From positions 49,538,001 to 49,602,000 of the forward strand of contig NW_027361671.1 of assembly GCF_039654945.1 (NCBI RefSeq): DNA of 64,000 nt, read 5' to 3'. Both the position numbers and the translations under genes were made by a program. The stretch comes from Dendrobates tinctorius. Lineage: Eukaryota. Position 1 is the stretch's first letter; every line of letters begins with the position of its first letter. This document shows, piece by piece, positions 11,609-24,758 of the stretch. Below the pieces are notes generated by a model, which saw only the letters and a program-made list of their open reading frames with translations, was not told where the DNA came from and ran no database searches.

Positions 11609-11780
11609 TATCTATGATACCTCTTTCCATGGTCTGCATAGAGTATGATACCACAAAAAAATGACAATTAATGATGTTACCACATCCCTCCACCTAAATA
11701 GCATCATGGCTCCACACAATAAGATGGTCACCCCTGCCTCCTACACAGTATGATGGTCACTACAGCCCCCTCACACAATA

Positions 11781-13365
11781 CAGTGGGTAAGGAAAGTATT
11801 CAGAACCCTTAAAATTTTTCACTCTGTTTCATTGCAGCCATTTGGTAAATTCAAAAAAGTTCATTTTTTTTCTCATTAATGTACACTCTGCACCCCATAT
11901 TGACTGAAAAAAAACCCCAGAAATGTAGACATTTTTGCAAATCTATTAAAAAAAGAAAAAGTAGTTAAATATTACATGGTCATAATTATTCAGACCCTTT
12001 GCTCAGAATTGAGTAGAAGCACCCTTTTGAGCTAGTAAAGCCATGAGTCTTCTTGGGGATAATGCAACAAGTTTTTCACACCTGGATTTAGGGATCCTCT
12101 GCCATTCATCCTTGCAGATCCTCTCCAGTTCCGTCAGGTTGGATGGTGAACGTTGGTAGACAGCCCTTTTCAGGTGTCTGCTGAAATGCTCAATTGGGTT
12201 TAGGTCAGGGCCCAGGCTGGGCCAGTCAAGAATGGTCACAGAGTTGTTCTGAAGCCATTCCTTTATATTTTTAGCTGTGTGCTTAGGGTCAGTCTCTTGT
12301 TGGAAGGTGAACCTTCGGTCAAGTCTGAGGTGCAGAGTACTACGGAAAAGGATTTCATCCAGGATACTCTGTACTTGGCCGCATTCATGTTTTCTTGAAT
12401 TGCAGTCGTCCAGTACCTGCAGCTGAAAAACACCCCCATAGCATGATGCTGCCACCACCACGTTTCACTACTGGAATTGTATTGGGCAGGTGATGAGCAG
12501 TGCCTGGTTTTCTCCACATACCGCTTAGAATTATCACCAAATAGTTACAGCTTATTTCTCATAGTCTGGGAGTCGTTCATGTGATTTTCAGCAAACTATG
12601 CAGGCTTTCATATATCTTTCACTGAAGAGAGGCTTCCGTTGGGCCAGTCTGCCATAAAGGCCTGACTGTTGTAGTGATGAAGTGATAGTTGACTTTGTGG
12701 AACTTTCTCCCATCTCCCTACTGCATCTGCGGAGCTCAGCTACAGTGATCTTGGGGTTCATCTTTACCTCTCTCACCAAGGCTCTTCTCTCCCACAATTG
12801 CTCAGTTTGGCTCAAAGACCAGGGAGAGGAAGACTTTTGATGGTCCCACACTTCTTCCATTTAAGGATTATGGAGGCCACTGTGCTCATAGGAACCTTGA
12901 GTACTGCAGAAATTATTTTGTAACCTTGCCCAGCTTTCTGCCTTATCACATTTCTGTATCTGAGCTCCTTGGCCAGTTCCTTTGACCTCATGATTCTCAA
13001 TTGGTCTGACATGCACTGTGAGCTGTGAAGTACTATACAGACAGGTGTGTGCCTTTACAAATCAAGCCCTATCAGTTTAATTAAGCACAGCTAGACTCCA
13101 ATGAAGAAGTAGAACCATCTCAAGGAGGACCACAAGGAAATGGACATCATGTGACTTAAGTATGAATGTCTGAGCAAAGGGTTTGAATACTTCTGACCAT
13201 GTGATATTTCAATTTTTTTTTAAATTAATTTGTTATTTTTCAGTCAAGATGGGGTGCAGAGTATACATTAATGAGAAAACAATGAACTTTTTTGAGTTTA
13301 CCAAATGGCTGCAATGAAACAAAGAGTAAAAATTTAAAGGGGTCTGAATACTTCCATACCCACTG
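11781..13365 (-). mobile_element. Tc1-like transposon (second family), decayed
   Basis: TA|CAGTGGGTAAGGAAAGTATTCAGA...TCTGAATACTTCCATACCCACTG|TA; fragments MRSKELAKELR, FQQETDPKH, SLGPDLNPIE. Confidence 0.95.
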
Positions 13366-15148
13366 TATAATGTCCACCACAACCTCACAGCATATTGTCC
13401 ACCACAGACTCCTCACACATGATGATCTCCACAGCCCGCCACACAATATGATGGTTAACGTACAGCCCTCCACACAGTATGATAGTCACCACACACAATA
13501 CGATGGCCCTACAACAGCCCTCTATATAATATGATGGTCCCCCACAGTATAATAGTCCCCCCATATAGTATGATGGTCCCGTACAGCTCTAATTCAGTGT
13601 CATGGTTCCCCACACCCCCCATATAGTATGATGGTCCCCCCACAACCACAATACAATACGATGGTGCCCCAATACAGTACGATGGTCTGGGAGAGACCAT
13701 GCCACAATATATTTTGATGGTCTCCCACAGTCCTAATACAGTATGATGATCACCATAGCCCCCTATATAGTATGACAGTCCTCGCAAAGGCTCCTATATA
13801 GTATGATGGTCCCCCACAGGCACCAATATAGTATGATGGCCCCCCCACAGGCACCAATACAGTACCATGGTTTCCCATAATCCACCACAAAATATGATTG
13901 TCCCCCCACAGACTCATATAGTATGATGGGCTCCCACCAGGCCCCTTTATAGTATGATGGCTTCACACAGTTTTCCATATATTATGATTGCCCCCTATAT
14001 AGTATGATGGTTCGCAAGCAGGCCTTTATCTAATATCATGGTCCTCCACAGCCCCAATACAGTACGATGGTCTGAACACAGGCCCCTATATAGTATGGTA
14101 GTCCCCAGAGCCCCAATACAGGATAGAAGCATACTGCAGCCTGCAAGAGTAAGTGACGGAGTATGGAGCTAGCGGCTCTGTGCTCCGTCACTGATATTAA
14201 CAGTACCAACGTATGGACAACGCCAATATAGTTAACAAAGTCGCAAAAGATGCAGATCGGCACAACTGGCGTTTGCCAGAATTGCCAGATGTAAAAGCAT
14301 CATCGGCCTGGTAGACCTGCATGCTATTTTCCTTCTTTAAATTTAGCACACCGACAGCTTTCAAAACGAGTTGTTCAGTAGTGAATAACCCCTTTAAAAA
14401 CAGACATGCTGTCAACTGGATACAAACATGATGCAAAAAAAGGCCTAATTAACAATACTTCCTATAAATACCTCAAATCAACAAAGAAAAGGGAAGTATA
14501 CACCATTTAATAGAAAAGACAAAAAGTTTATTAAATAGTACTCATTATACAATTAAAATGCAAAAAACAGAGATACAAAATGCAAAGCAGCTCCCAGCAG
14601 CAAGGTATCTTTTCTATTAAATGTTGGATACATACATGATTGTTGGTCTATGGTGGCTGCACACGTGTATTTTTTATGTCAGAGAGCAGAGTAATAACAC
14701 AAACTGAATTAAATAATTGCGCTCCATGTTGCTATGACAGTCAAATGTCCAGCCAATCAGATGTCAGCATATAGTGGAAGATACAATATTTTCCATTATA
14801 GGGGGAGGGTATTATTATATAGATGTTTTATTATGCATTATTTTGATGAAGAAACATGTGAAAGTCAATAAATTCCTCCTAACATAATGCAATATATCAT
14901 TATTAGTAATGATTGTATCCAAAAATAGTATTCGAAGACAGGTGCTCTTTAAATAATATGTGAATACGACCCTACAGCAAGTAGTTCTGCCCAGTGAGCG
15001 ACGCATCACTAACTGCCGTATTATGTCATCATCCAAACATTCTAACTCTATGGCAACGAAACCGACCGCTAGTAACAGTTTTAGTGACAGTGAAAAAGCG
15101 ACACTTCATATTCACTTTCTGTGGAAACCGAAATCGCTATCAGCTATA

Positions 15149-18100
15149 ATGACTGAAAGAAGGTCTGCTAGGACAAATAAAGGGGCCCGATACAAGAAAT
15201 ATGTATCCAACGGCCTGCCCGAGATTTTATGCAAAAAGGAAAAACCTCGTAAGTGTAAAATGGAGACATTAAAATTATTGTACAGTAAAATTCATTTAAC
15301 GGGAACCTGGTCATTAGATAAATGCTTCCCGAGCTGTAGGCAGCATGAATCAGAGCTTGGCGGCACCGCTGCAGCCAGATGGGTTTTTCCTGAAATGCTC
15401 CGGCAGCTTTTCCCTGCACCACTCCGGTTGACTGAAAGGTCTCAAGTGTGTTAGCGAGTGATCCGTCAGTGACCTGGAGCGAGGACGTGAGAAGCCGGGA
15501 AGGTCACCGGAGGGCGACAGGGAAACGGACGGCTCTTTATATATACCATGTGATTTCAAACTCCAAACTGTTTTTAGAAAAAATCATACCTGGTTGCAGT
15601 CGTGCAGTTCGGCTCAGATTCATGCTACACGTGTTTGGGCACAGAGAATTAAGTGACAGGTTCCCTTTAATATGGCATAAGAGCAGCCAGACAAGTGCCG
15701 GATTAACAGTTATTTGATAACATCAATATACCTTGTAAAATAGATATTTCTTAGAAAAATGGAACAGCACATCATTTAGTTAGGTTGAGAAAGGCTCATG
15801 TGAGGCGAAACGTCTCCAAGCCATGTGGGCCAAATAAAGTCCACTACATCTTTTTGGTAATGATGGAGCGCTGCTTTTTTTTTTTTTACTTCTAGTAAAA
15901 CAGATAGAAATTTCTGATAAAGGGAGAAAACCTTCTGGAAGAAAGTCCAAGTTAAAATATATACCCCAAATCAGCTGCTATCATTTCCTAAGCAGAAGGT
16001 TCTCCTAATATTCCATTTTCTCCACTTTTAGCTGTTCGGCGCATTAAACCAACAAATAGAAAGGAGAGAAAAACCTTAAAATATTTCCTGGAACAGGCAG
16101 CAATCCTCCCTGAGATTGGAGAGCCGGGTACAGAAATAGAAAGCACACTGTACTCCATGTAAGTCACCATTTGTATAATGCTACACCTGCTGTTACAGAG
16201 GGTTCATTACCTTATAAGTCCATGTATCAAGGATAGATGGGGTTTTGTCTTTTAGGGAAGGTGCCATCAAAAAAAAAATTTTCTCCACAACTAGAAAAAT
16301 TTGAAGTCTTAATGTTTTCATTTAAAAAAAATATCAGTTTTTAATAAAATATGAAAAATAATTTAAAAAGGGTCACACATTTCACTACTGCTCCCATGGA
16401 AGTGGACGGCGTGAGGTTACATATTATACCACTGCTCCCATAGAAGTGAATGGAGCGGGGTCATGCATTAGATCACTGTTCCCATAGATGTGGACAGAAC
16501 GGGGATACACATTACACCACTGCTCCCATAGAAGTCGACAGAGCGTAAATCACTCCACTGACATAATTGGAAGGAGGGGCTCACGCATTACACCACTGCT
16601 CCCTTAGAAATGTGTAACCCTGGTCTGTCCACTTCTATGGGAGCAGTGCTGTAATAGAATAGGTAACTAAAATAAACGTCCTGTAAATATATAATTTAAC
16701 AAGCCCTCTACATATAACAAACTTTCACCTTTTAGTGCCTTTCATGGAGCACTTAAAATGACGTGGCACCCCCTCACCCTTTTTTCTGTAACCAGCAAGG
16801 GTAAAGCAGACAGCTGGGGGCTTAGATTATCAGACTGGGAAGGTTCCTGGTTATTGGGCCCTTCCTAGCCTAAAAATACAAGCCCCAGAATTGGTGCATC
16901 ACATTAGATGTGCCAATTCTGAAGCTTTGCCTAGCTCTTCCAAATTGATCTGGTGTGGTGGCAATTGGGGTAATGGTAGTTGGGGGTTGATAACAGCTGT
17001 GAATTGTCAAAAATCACATCTGGCATCAAGTCCTGTGGTTAGTAATGGAAAGGTGACTATCAGACACTGCTCATATTAACACACTAATTAATGAGAGAGA
17101 AAAAACAAACAAACATTTTTTTCTTTATTTGAATAAAGACTCCCTCGACTCTTTTACGTTTTCCATATTTATTTTTGAAAAGAAAAACCTATGCAAGTGC
17201 TATTTCGTCCACAAAGGGAAACCTAGAAAAAATAAAAAAGAGAAATAAAGACAAGACATTCTCCCTCGTTCACCAATTTATTAGAAAATAAAAAGTTCTC
17301 ATGCAGGTCCACCGTAATCCATGACTTTCCCACGACTATCCCAGATTCTAAAGTCTAAAGGTTATGGAGCCTCGTTCAGAGAATAAAGATTCATAGGCTG
17401 TAGCAGCAGCAGCCTCTCTGGGACCTGCTGAACTCCTTGAGAAGCGGCGGCTGTGATGAGCAGTGACGTCAGTAACTACATCACTCATGAGAGTGGCTGA
17501 TCCTCTGTATAATGGTCCCATATAGTGCTCCACAGTATAAAGACCTCATATAGTGCACCACAGTATAATTGCGGCTCTACATAGTGCCCTACAGTATACT
17601 GGCCCCATACAGTGCAATACAATATACTAGCCCCGTATAGTGCTCTATAGAATAAAGGCCTCATAAAGTGCCCTACAGTATCATGGCCCCATACAGTACC
17701 CTACAGTATCATGACCCCATATAGTACCCTACAGTATCATGGCCCCATATAGTACCCTACAGTATCATGGCCCCATATCGTGCCCTACAGTATCATGGCC
17801 CCATATAGTACCCTACAGTATCATGGCCCCATATCATGCCCTACAGTATCATGGCCCCATATAGTACCCTACAGTATCATGGCCCCATAAAGTACCCTAC
17901 AGTATCATGGCCCCATACAACGCTCCACAGTATAATGGCTCCTTATAGTGCCCTACAATATAATGGCCCCATACAGTGCCTGACAGTATAATGGCCCTAT
18001 ATGGTGCCCTACGGTATAGTGGACCCATATAGTAACCTACAATAAAATAGCTCCATATAGCACCCTACAGTAAAATAACTCCATATAATGCCCTAGAGCA

Positions 18101-18531
18101 TGATGGCCTCATGTAGTGACCTACAGTAAAATATCCCCATATAGTTCCCCATACTATAAGGTGCCCCACAGCATAATGGCCCTATAGTGTGTTCTACAGT
18201 ACAATGGTCTCATATAGTGCTGCACATTATCATGTGATTGTCTAATCTAAATAGAGAGGAGATTGAGGCCGAGCTTAAGAAACCAGCAAGAAAATTTAAG
18301 GAGCCCAGATCACCCGACCCGTGAGTAACGTGATGGCACCAGCCATACACTAAAAGTTAAGCTTAATATATTATTTCTTGTCTGTTAATCACGTACAATG
18401 TCAGGATTTCGTTCTGTTTTTGTTCTTTTTTTTACAGGCCAGAAAATCAAAACGAGGAGATTGATTCAGGGACAGCAGCTGATACGAGCAGCCAGCCGCC
18501 CCCCAAGAAAAAAGCGAAAAAGAACCATTAG
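15149..18531 (+). CDS. Spliced 128-aa putative nuclear protein, copy 2; join(15149..15248,16032..16158,18255..18320,18438..18531)
   Basis: Same exon lengths (100/127/66/94) and splice sites, no indel or premature stop. Differs from copy 1 by L24P, D25E, N44K, R47K, V58I, C71S. Confidence 0.75.
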
Positions 18532-19019
18532 TGATGAGGTAATATAGAGCGCCGATATCTTAATTTTTGTATGGGTGAGGAGAGAGGAGGATCACTGTAT
18601 ATTAGCCCTTTTAGATTGATAATTGGGGAATATAGTCTCATAAAAATATTACAAGTATAAACAAACATGAACAGAAAAGGTATTTCACAGAAGACAGATT
18701 AGGAATGAGGAAACACATAAAATAATGACATGCTACATATTGTAACAAAGACTGACACATCACAGTGGTCAGGAATGGTACAAAGAACCATAATTATATA
18801 TTTTTCTTTTCTTGTTTTAGATGGTGACTGCCTCCACCAGTCACCTACAACCAACCCCCCAAAATGAGCTCCAACCCTTTACTACCTACCAGCCCCCATC
18901 TATGTCGAACTACCATCAACTAACATCACCTACCACTAATTCCTACCTCATGCAAGCAAATATGACCAGCTACCATCATCAACGACTACGAAATGCCACC
19001 TATTTCCTCAAGATGTGAC

Positions 19020-20153
19020 CACCCGCCAGCAACATCTTTGGCCATCTTAAACCCGCCAGCAACATCTTTGGCCATCCTCCACCCGACAGCAACATCTAGG
19101 GCCATCCTCCACCCGCCAGCAACATCTTTGGCCATCCTCCACCCGCCAGAAACATCTAGGGCCATCCTCCACCCACCAGCAACATCTAGGGCCGTCCTTC
19201 ACCCGCCAGCAACATCTTTGGCCGTCCTCCACCCGCCAGCAACATCTGTGGCCGTCCTCCACACGCCAGCAACATCTGTGGCCGTCCTCCACACGCCAGC
19301 AACATCTGTGGCCGTCCTCCACACGCCAGCAACATCTGTGGCCGTCCTCCACACGCCAGCAACATCTGTGGCCGTCCTCCACACGCCAGCAACATCTGTG
19401 GCCGTCCTCCACCCGCCAGCAACATCTGTGGCCGTCCTCCACCCGCCAGCAACATCTGTGGCCGTCCTCCACCCGCCAGCAACATCTTTGGCCGCCCTCC
19501 AACCGCCAGCAACATCTTTGGCCGTCCTCCAACCGCCAGCAACATCTTTGGCCGTCCTCCACCCGCCAGCAACATCTTTGGCCGTCCTCCACCCGCCAGC
19601 AACATCTTTAGCCGTCCTCCACCCGCCAGCAACATCTTTGGCCGTCCTCCACCAGCCAGTAACATCTTTGGCCGTCCTCCACCCGCCAGCAACATCTAGG
19701 GCAATCCTCCACCCGCCAGCAACATCTAGGTCCATCCTCCACCCGCCAGCAACATCTTTAGCCGTCCTCCACCCGCCAGCAACATCTTTGGCCGTCCTCC
19801 ACCAGCCAGTAACATCTTTGGCCGTCCTCGACCCGCCAGCAACATCTACGGCTATCCTCCACCCGCCAGCAACATCTAGGGATATCGTCCACCCGAAAGC
19901 AACATCTAGGGCTATACTCCACCCGAAAGCAACATCTACAGCTATCTTCCACGAGCCAGCAACATCTAGGGCTATCCTCCACCCGCCAGCAACCTCTAGG
20001 GCTATGCTCCACCAGCCAGCAACATCTAGGGCTATCCTCCACCCGCCAGCAACATCTAGGGCTATCCTTTACCCGCCAGCAACATCTACGGCTATCCTTT
20101 ACCCGCCAGCAACATCTACGGCTATCCTTTACCCGCCAGCAACATCTACGGCT
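19020..20153. repeat. 30-bp minisatellite, ~38 units
   Basis: Same unit as 4891-6895. Confidence 0.98.
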
Positions 20154-20693
20154 ATGTATTAAACAATTGAAAAAATGTACTGTATTATAGTTTTAGTTTA
20201 AAAAAAAATTTATACCAGGAAAGCAAAAAACATGATAATTTTAAAAGGTTTGCTATTTTCCACTTTAGACCACTTACTGCCAGCCGACAGAATAGTACGT
20301 CAGCTGGCAGTATCCCACGCTTTGAGGTGGGCTGCGGTGGTGAGCCCAACTCAAAGCCCCAACATGTCAGCTGTTTTCAACAGCTGACATGTGCCCGCAA
20401 TAGGCGCGAACAGAAACGCGATCCGCCCACGCCTATTAATTAGTTAAATGCTGCTGTCAAACTCTGATAGGGGGCATTTAAATGCATTTCCAGACGCTGG
20501 TCCGGAAACACACACAGCGACGACCCCTGTCACGTGATCGGCGGGGTCATCGCTGCGTTGCCATCACAACCAGAGGTCTCATCGAGACGTCTATGGTTGT
20601 TGATGGCAGATTACTATGAACGCCACTCTGTGGTTGGCACACATAGCAAGCCTGTAATTCTGCTGCATAGAGGTGATCTGAGCATCACCTCTA

Positions 20694-22354
20694 CACTCCC
20701 TGACAGAAGTTATGTCGCTTATCCATGTTATGTAAATAAAAGCTTTTAACCTGACGTTAAATTCATCCATTGGTTGTATAAAATATTCTTTTGAAAGCTG
20801 AAACCCTCCGAAGTGTGGTTTAGATTAAAAAAATAATTTGGCATGAATGCAGAAATATTGATCATTTAATGGACACAGAATGGTCAGATTTTGGCAAGAC
20901 AAAAGTTTTGTCGGCCACAGAAAGTAAGGTGATATTCAAACAAATAATTAACTTAAAATACAAATATATGTTGCATTACATTGGTGAATGAAGTTGTGGT
21001 GCTATTAGAGGCATATTTAATATTTTGTGTGACTTCCATGAGCATGAAGGGCTGCATCCATGCGATTCAACAATGATTCATACAATTTATTAATGAAGTC
21101 ATCAGGAATAGCAAAGAATGCAGTCTTACATACCTTTCAGAGTTCATCTAGATTCTTTGCTTTTGTCTTCCCAGCTTCCTCTTTCATCCTACCCCAAACA
21201 TGCTCAATGATGTTCATGTCTAGTGACTGGGCTGGCCAGTCATTGAGCACCTTGATCTTTTTTGCCTGGATGAACTTTGTTGTAGAGATGGAGCATCATC
21301 CTGCTGCAGAATTTGACCCCTTTCATGATTTGGAATATAAGAGGTAGCTAATACTTCTTGATATTTTAGGCTACTGAGATTGCCTTTCACCTTGCAAATG
21401 TTTCGCACCACCCCATAATGAATCTAACCCTAGACCATGATCTTTTCACCACCAACTTTAACTGTTTTCTGGGTGTACTTTGGATCCATATGGACTCCTC
21501 TAGGTCTCCTGCAGTAGTTGCGGCAGCTGTGATGTAATTCTACTGAAGAGTCATCAAAGAAATCCACCTTCTGCCACTTTTCCGGCGTCCATCTGTTTTG
21601 CAGGCTGTGGGACTTTGCAAATGCCCCACAGTTTTTTATTTGCCTTTTATTTAGTGCTGGCTTCTGGGGACTGATTCGACCATGGAGATCCTTTTAAGAC
21701 AGAATCCTACAAACTGTTCTAGTTGACTCAGGGACTTGACGTGACCAGGCCTGTTGGAGCTCTGCTGCAGTGGAAGAGGGGCTTGCTTTGGATTTTCTAA
21801 CCAACAAGCGTTCCTCTTGAGCAGTTGTCTTGCGGGGTCTGCCGAACCTGGGCTTGTCAAACATCTCCAGTCTCTTCGAATCTTTTTTTAATTCTTTGTA
21901 CTTGACACTGAGACACATTTAAGGTGCCAGCCACCTCTGCAGTGGATCTGATCTTCAGCCTCTTGATAATCCAGGCTTTGGTCACAAGCTGGATTTTTGG
22001 CATGTTCTCAGAGCTCAAGTTGCAGCTCAAGTGAAGGTCTGGGGAGCTGGGTTTCTTTTTCTACACACCCACTAATTAACCGATCATTTACTAAGCACAG
22101 GTGAGGATGTAAACTAGGATTGGGTGTATTGTATGACCAGGCGACAAAACTTTTGTCTTGCCAAAATCTGACCATTCTGTGTCCATTAAGTAATTCTGCA
22201 TTGATGCCAATAAATTTTCTTAACCGAAACCACATTTTGGAGGGCTTCAGCTTTCAAAAGAATAATTTATATAACCAATGGATGAATTTAACGTCAGGTT
22301 ATAAGCTTTTATTTATATAACATGGATAAGCGACATAACTTCTGTCAGGGAGTG
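20694..22354 (-). mobile_element. Tc1-like transposon (duplicate of 7446-9115)
   Basis: Same TIRs, TA flanks and insertion site. Confidence 0.93.
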
Positions 22355-24758
22355 TATGTAGCAGAGCCAGAATTAACAGAATTACGATAACGGGCAAATA
22401 AAAGAACGAATCTGCACAAAAGTGGTATCGTTAAAAACGTCAAATCGGCAAGCAAAAAATAAGCCTGCACCCAACCCGAGATATCAAAAATGGAGACGCT
22501 ACGGGTCTCAGAAAATTGCGGAATTTATTTTTTTTTTAGCAAAATTTGGAATTTTTTTTCACCACTTAGATAAAAGAGAACCTACACATGTTTGGTGTCT
22601 ATGAATTTGTAATGACCTGGAAAATCATAATTGCATGTCAGTTTTAGCATTTAGTGAACCTAGCAAAAAACCCAAACAATAAACAAGTGTGGGATTGCAC
22701 TTTTTTGCAATTTCACCACACTTGGAATTTTTTCCTGTTTTCGAGTAGACGACATGGTAAAATCAAAGGTATTATTCAAAAGTACAACTCGTCCCGCAAA
22801 AATTAAGCCCTCACACAGTCATATTGATGGAAAAATAAAAAAGTTATGGCTCTGGAAAGAAGGGGAGCGAAAAATGAAAAATAGATAAAAGCTCCGGTCA
22901 TGAAGGAGTTAAACATGGAAGCAGGTGGCGAAATTTGCCTTGGAAACCTGCTATCTCCCAAATGGGCTTTAGACAGGAGGCACTGTAGGCTGCATCCTAC
23001 ATGAGTGGCAATAGATATGCAGGACTGCAGGCTGTATGACACATAATAAGATTAGATACATGGCTCTGTGAGCTGTATCACACATGATGAGATTATATTC
23101 ACGGGCTCTGTGAGCTGTATCACACATGATGAGATTATATTCACGGCTCTCTGAGCTGTATCACACATGATGGGATTATATTCACGGCTCTGTGAGCTGT
23201 ATCACACATGATGGGATTATATTCACGGCTCTGTGAGCTGTATCACACATGATGGGATAATATTCACGGGCTCTGTGAGCTGTATCACACATGATAGGAT
23301 TAGATACATGGCTCTGTGAGCTGTATCACACATGATGGGAAAATATTCACGGCTCTGTGAGCTGTATCACACATGATGGGATTATATTTGCGGCTCTGTG
23401 GGATTTATCAAACATGAATGGATTATATTCGTGGCTCTCTGCGCTGTATCATACATGATGAGCATTAGCGACTGTAAGACACTGCAGGAGATCATATACA
23501 AGGGTCATTACTTGTACCCCAGGATGTGCATCGAAACATACTGAACCCACACAAGCGCATTGTAATTACAGCCACAGATGTGGCTACAATGCAAAATAAA
23601 AGAGAGTGTGGACTTGATTAATCTATTTGACCAAGTTAGATTTAGGAAAACCTAACATGGGCTTTTATTTTTGGAGAGATCAGTAGGTAGGTACTGGGAT
23701 GGATCTCTCGCTCCAGTTGGGTCTTGGGATTTGCCCATGTCCATGAGTCCCATTTAAACTTTCAGGTAAGGTTAGGGTGTGTCAGTATTTGGTTTTGCAA
23801 CCACACAGCCGAAGCTCTATGTATGTTTGGTCTGTGTGAGACTGAACACAGGTCACAGCCAGAGAAAGCAAAGCCATTGCCTCACCCACGAGCTACACGG
23901 TGGAGTAGTCGCCCTCAGCAATGGACTAATACGGACTGTTACGGACAATCCGGCTGCGAACGGAGGATAACGTTTGAGGATATTTTCGTAAATTGCCAAA
24001 ATAAAGACATTTAAGTTGAACCATCTTGGGTCACTGCCTCATTACTGCACTGACATGAAAGCCATTGCATTACGTATGGTTGAGAATTCATGCAGTGTAA
24101 ACTAAGGGAAGCCTTGAAGAAAGCTGAAGGTCCATGGACAGGATGGAGGAACTCCTGAGGCAATTGTTCCCCTCCCATACGCAGCAACAACAGCAGCAGC
24201 AGCAGTTTCTGGAGCAACAATAACAGCAGCAGTAGACTATCCACCTGATTCTGCAGTAGACTGCAGCACTGGGAGAGACTCTCCCACCGCCGACCCCGGT
24301 TTGTCCCGAGGCCCGGGACGTCAAGTCTGCACTGAGGAAGATGAGCTAGGAGGGCGACATGTAAGCTTTCTGCACCGTGTTTGAATATACTGCGGAGTGG
24401 GATAGCTTGCCGCTCTCCCAGTGGGCTTAAGTGGTGGCCCCGTTCCTGATGGGGGTGCCCAGAAGGCTTACTTTGACCTCAGTCGGGAGGCCGCCAAGTA
24501 CTATGGGAAACTCAAAGGGTAGGTCCTTGCCTGACTGGGGGTTAACATAGTAACATAGTTATTAAGGTTGAAGGGAGACTTTAAGTCCATCTAGTTCAAC
24601 CCATATCCTATCCTAACTTGCCCTAACATGTTGATCCAGAGGAAGGCAAAAAAAACCCATGTGGCAACAGTAAGCTTCACATTGGGGAAAAAAATTCCTT
24701 CCCGACTCCACATACGGCAATCAGACTAGCTCCCTGGATCAACGAAATATTAAGGAAA

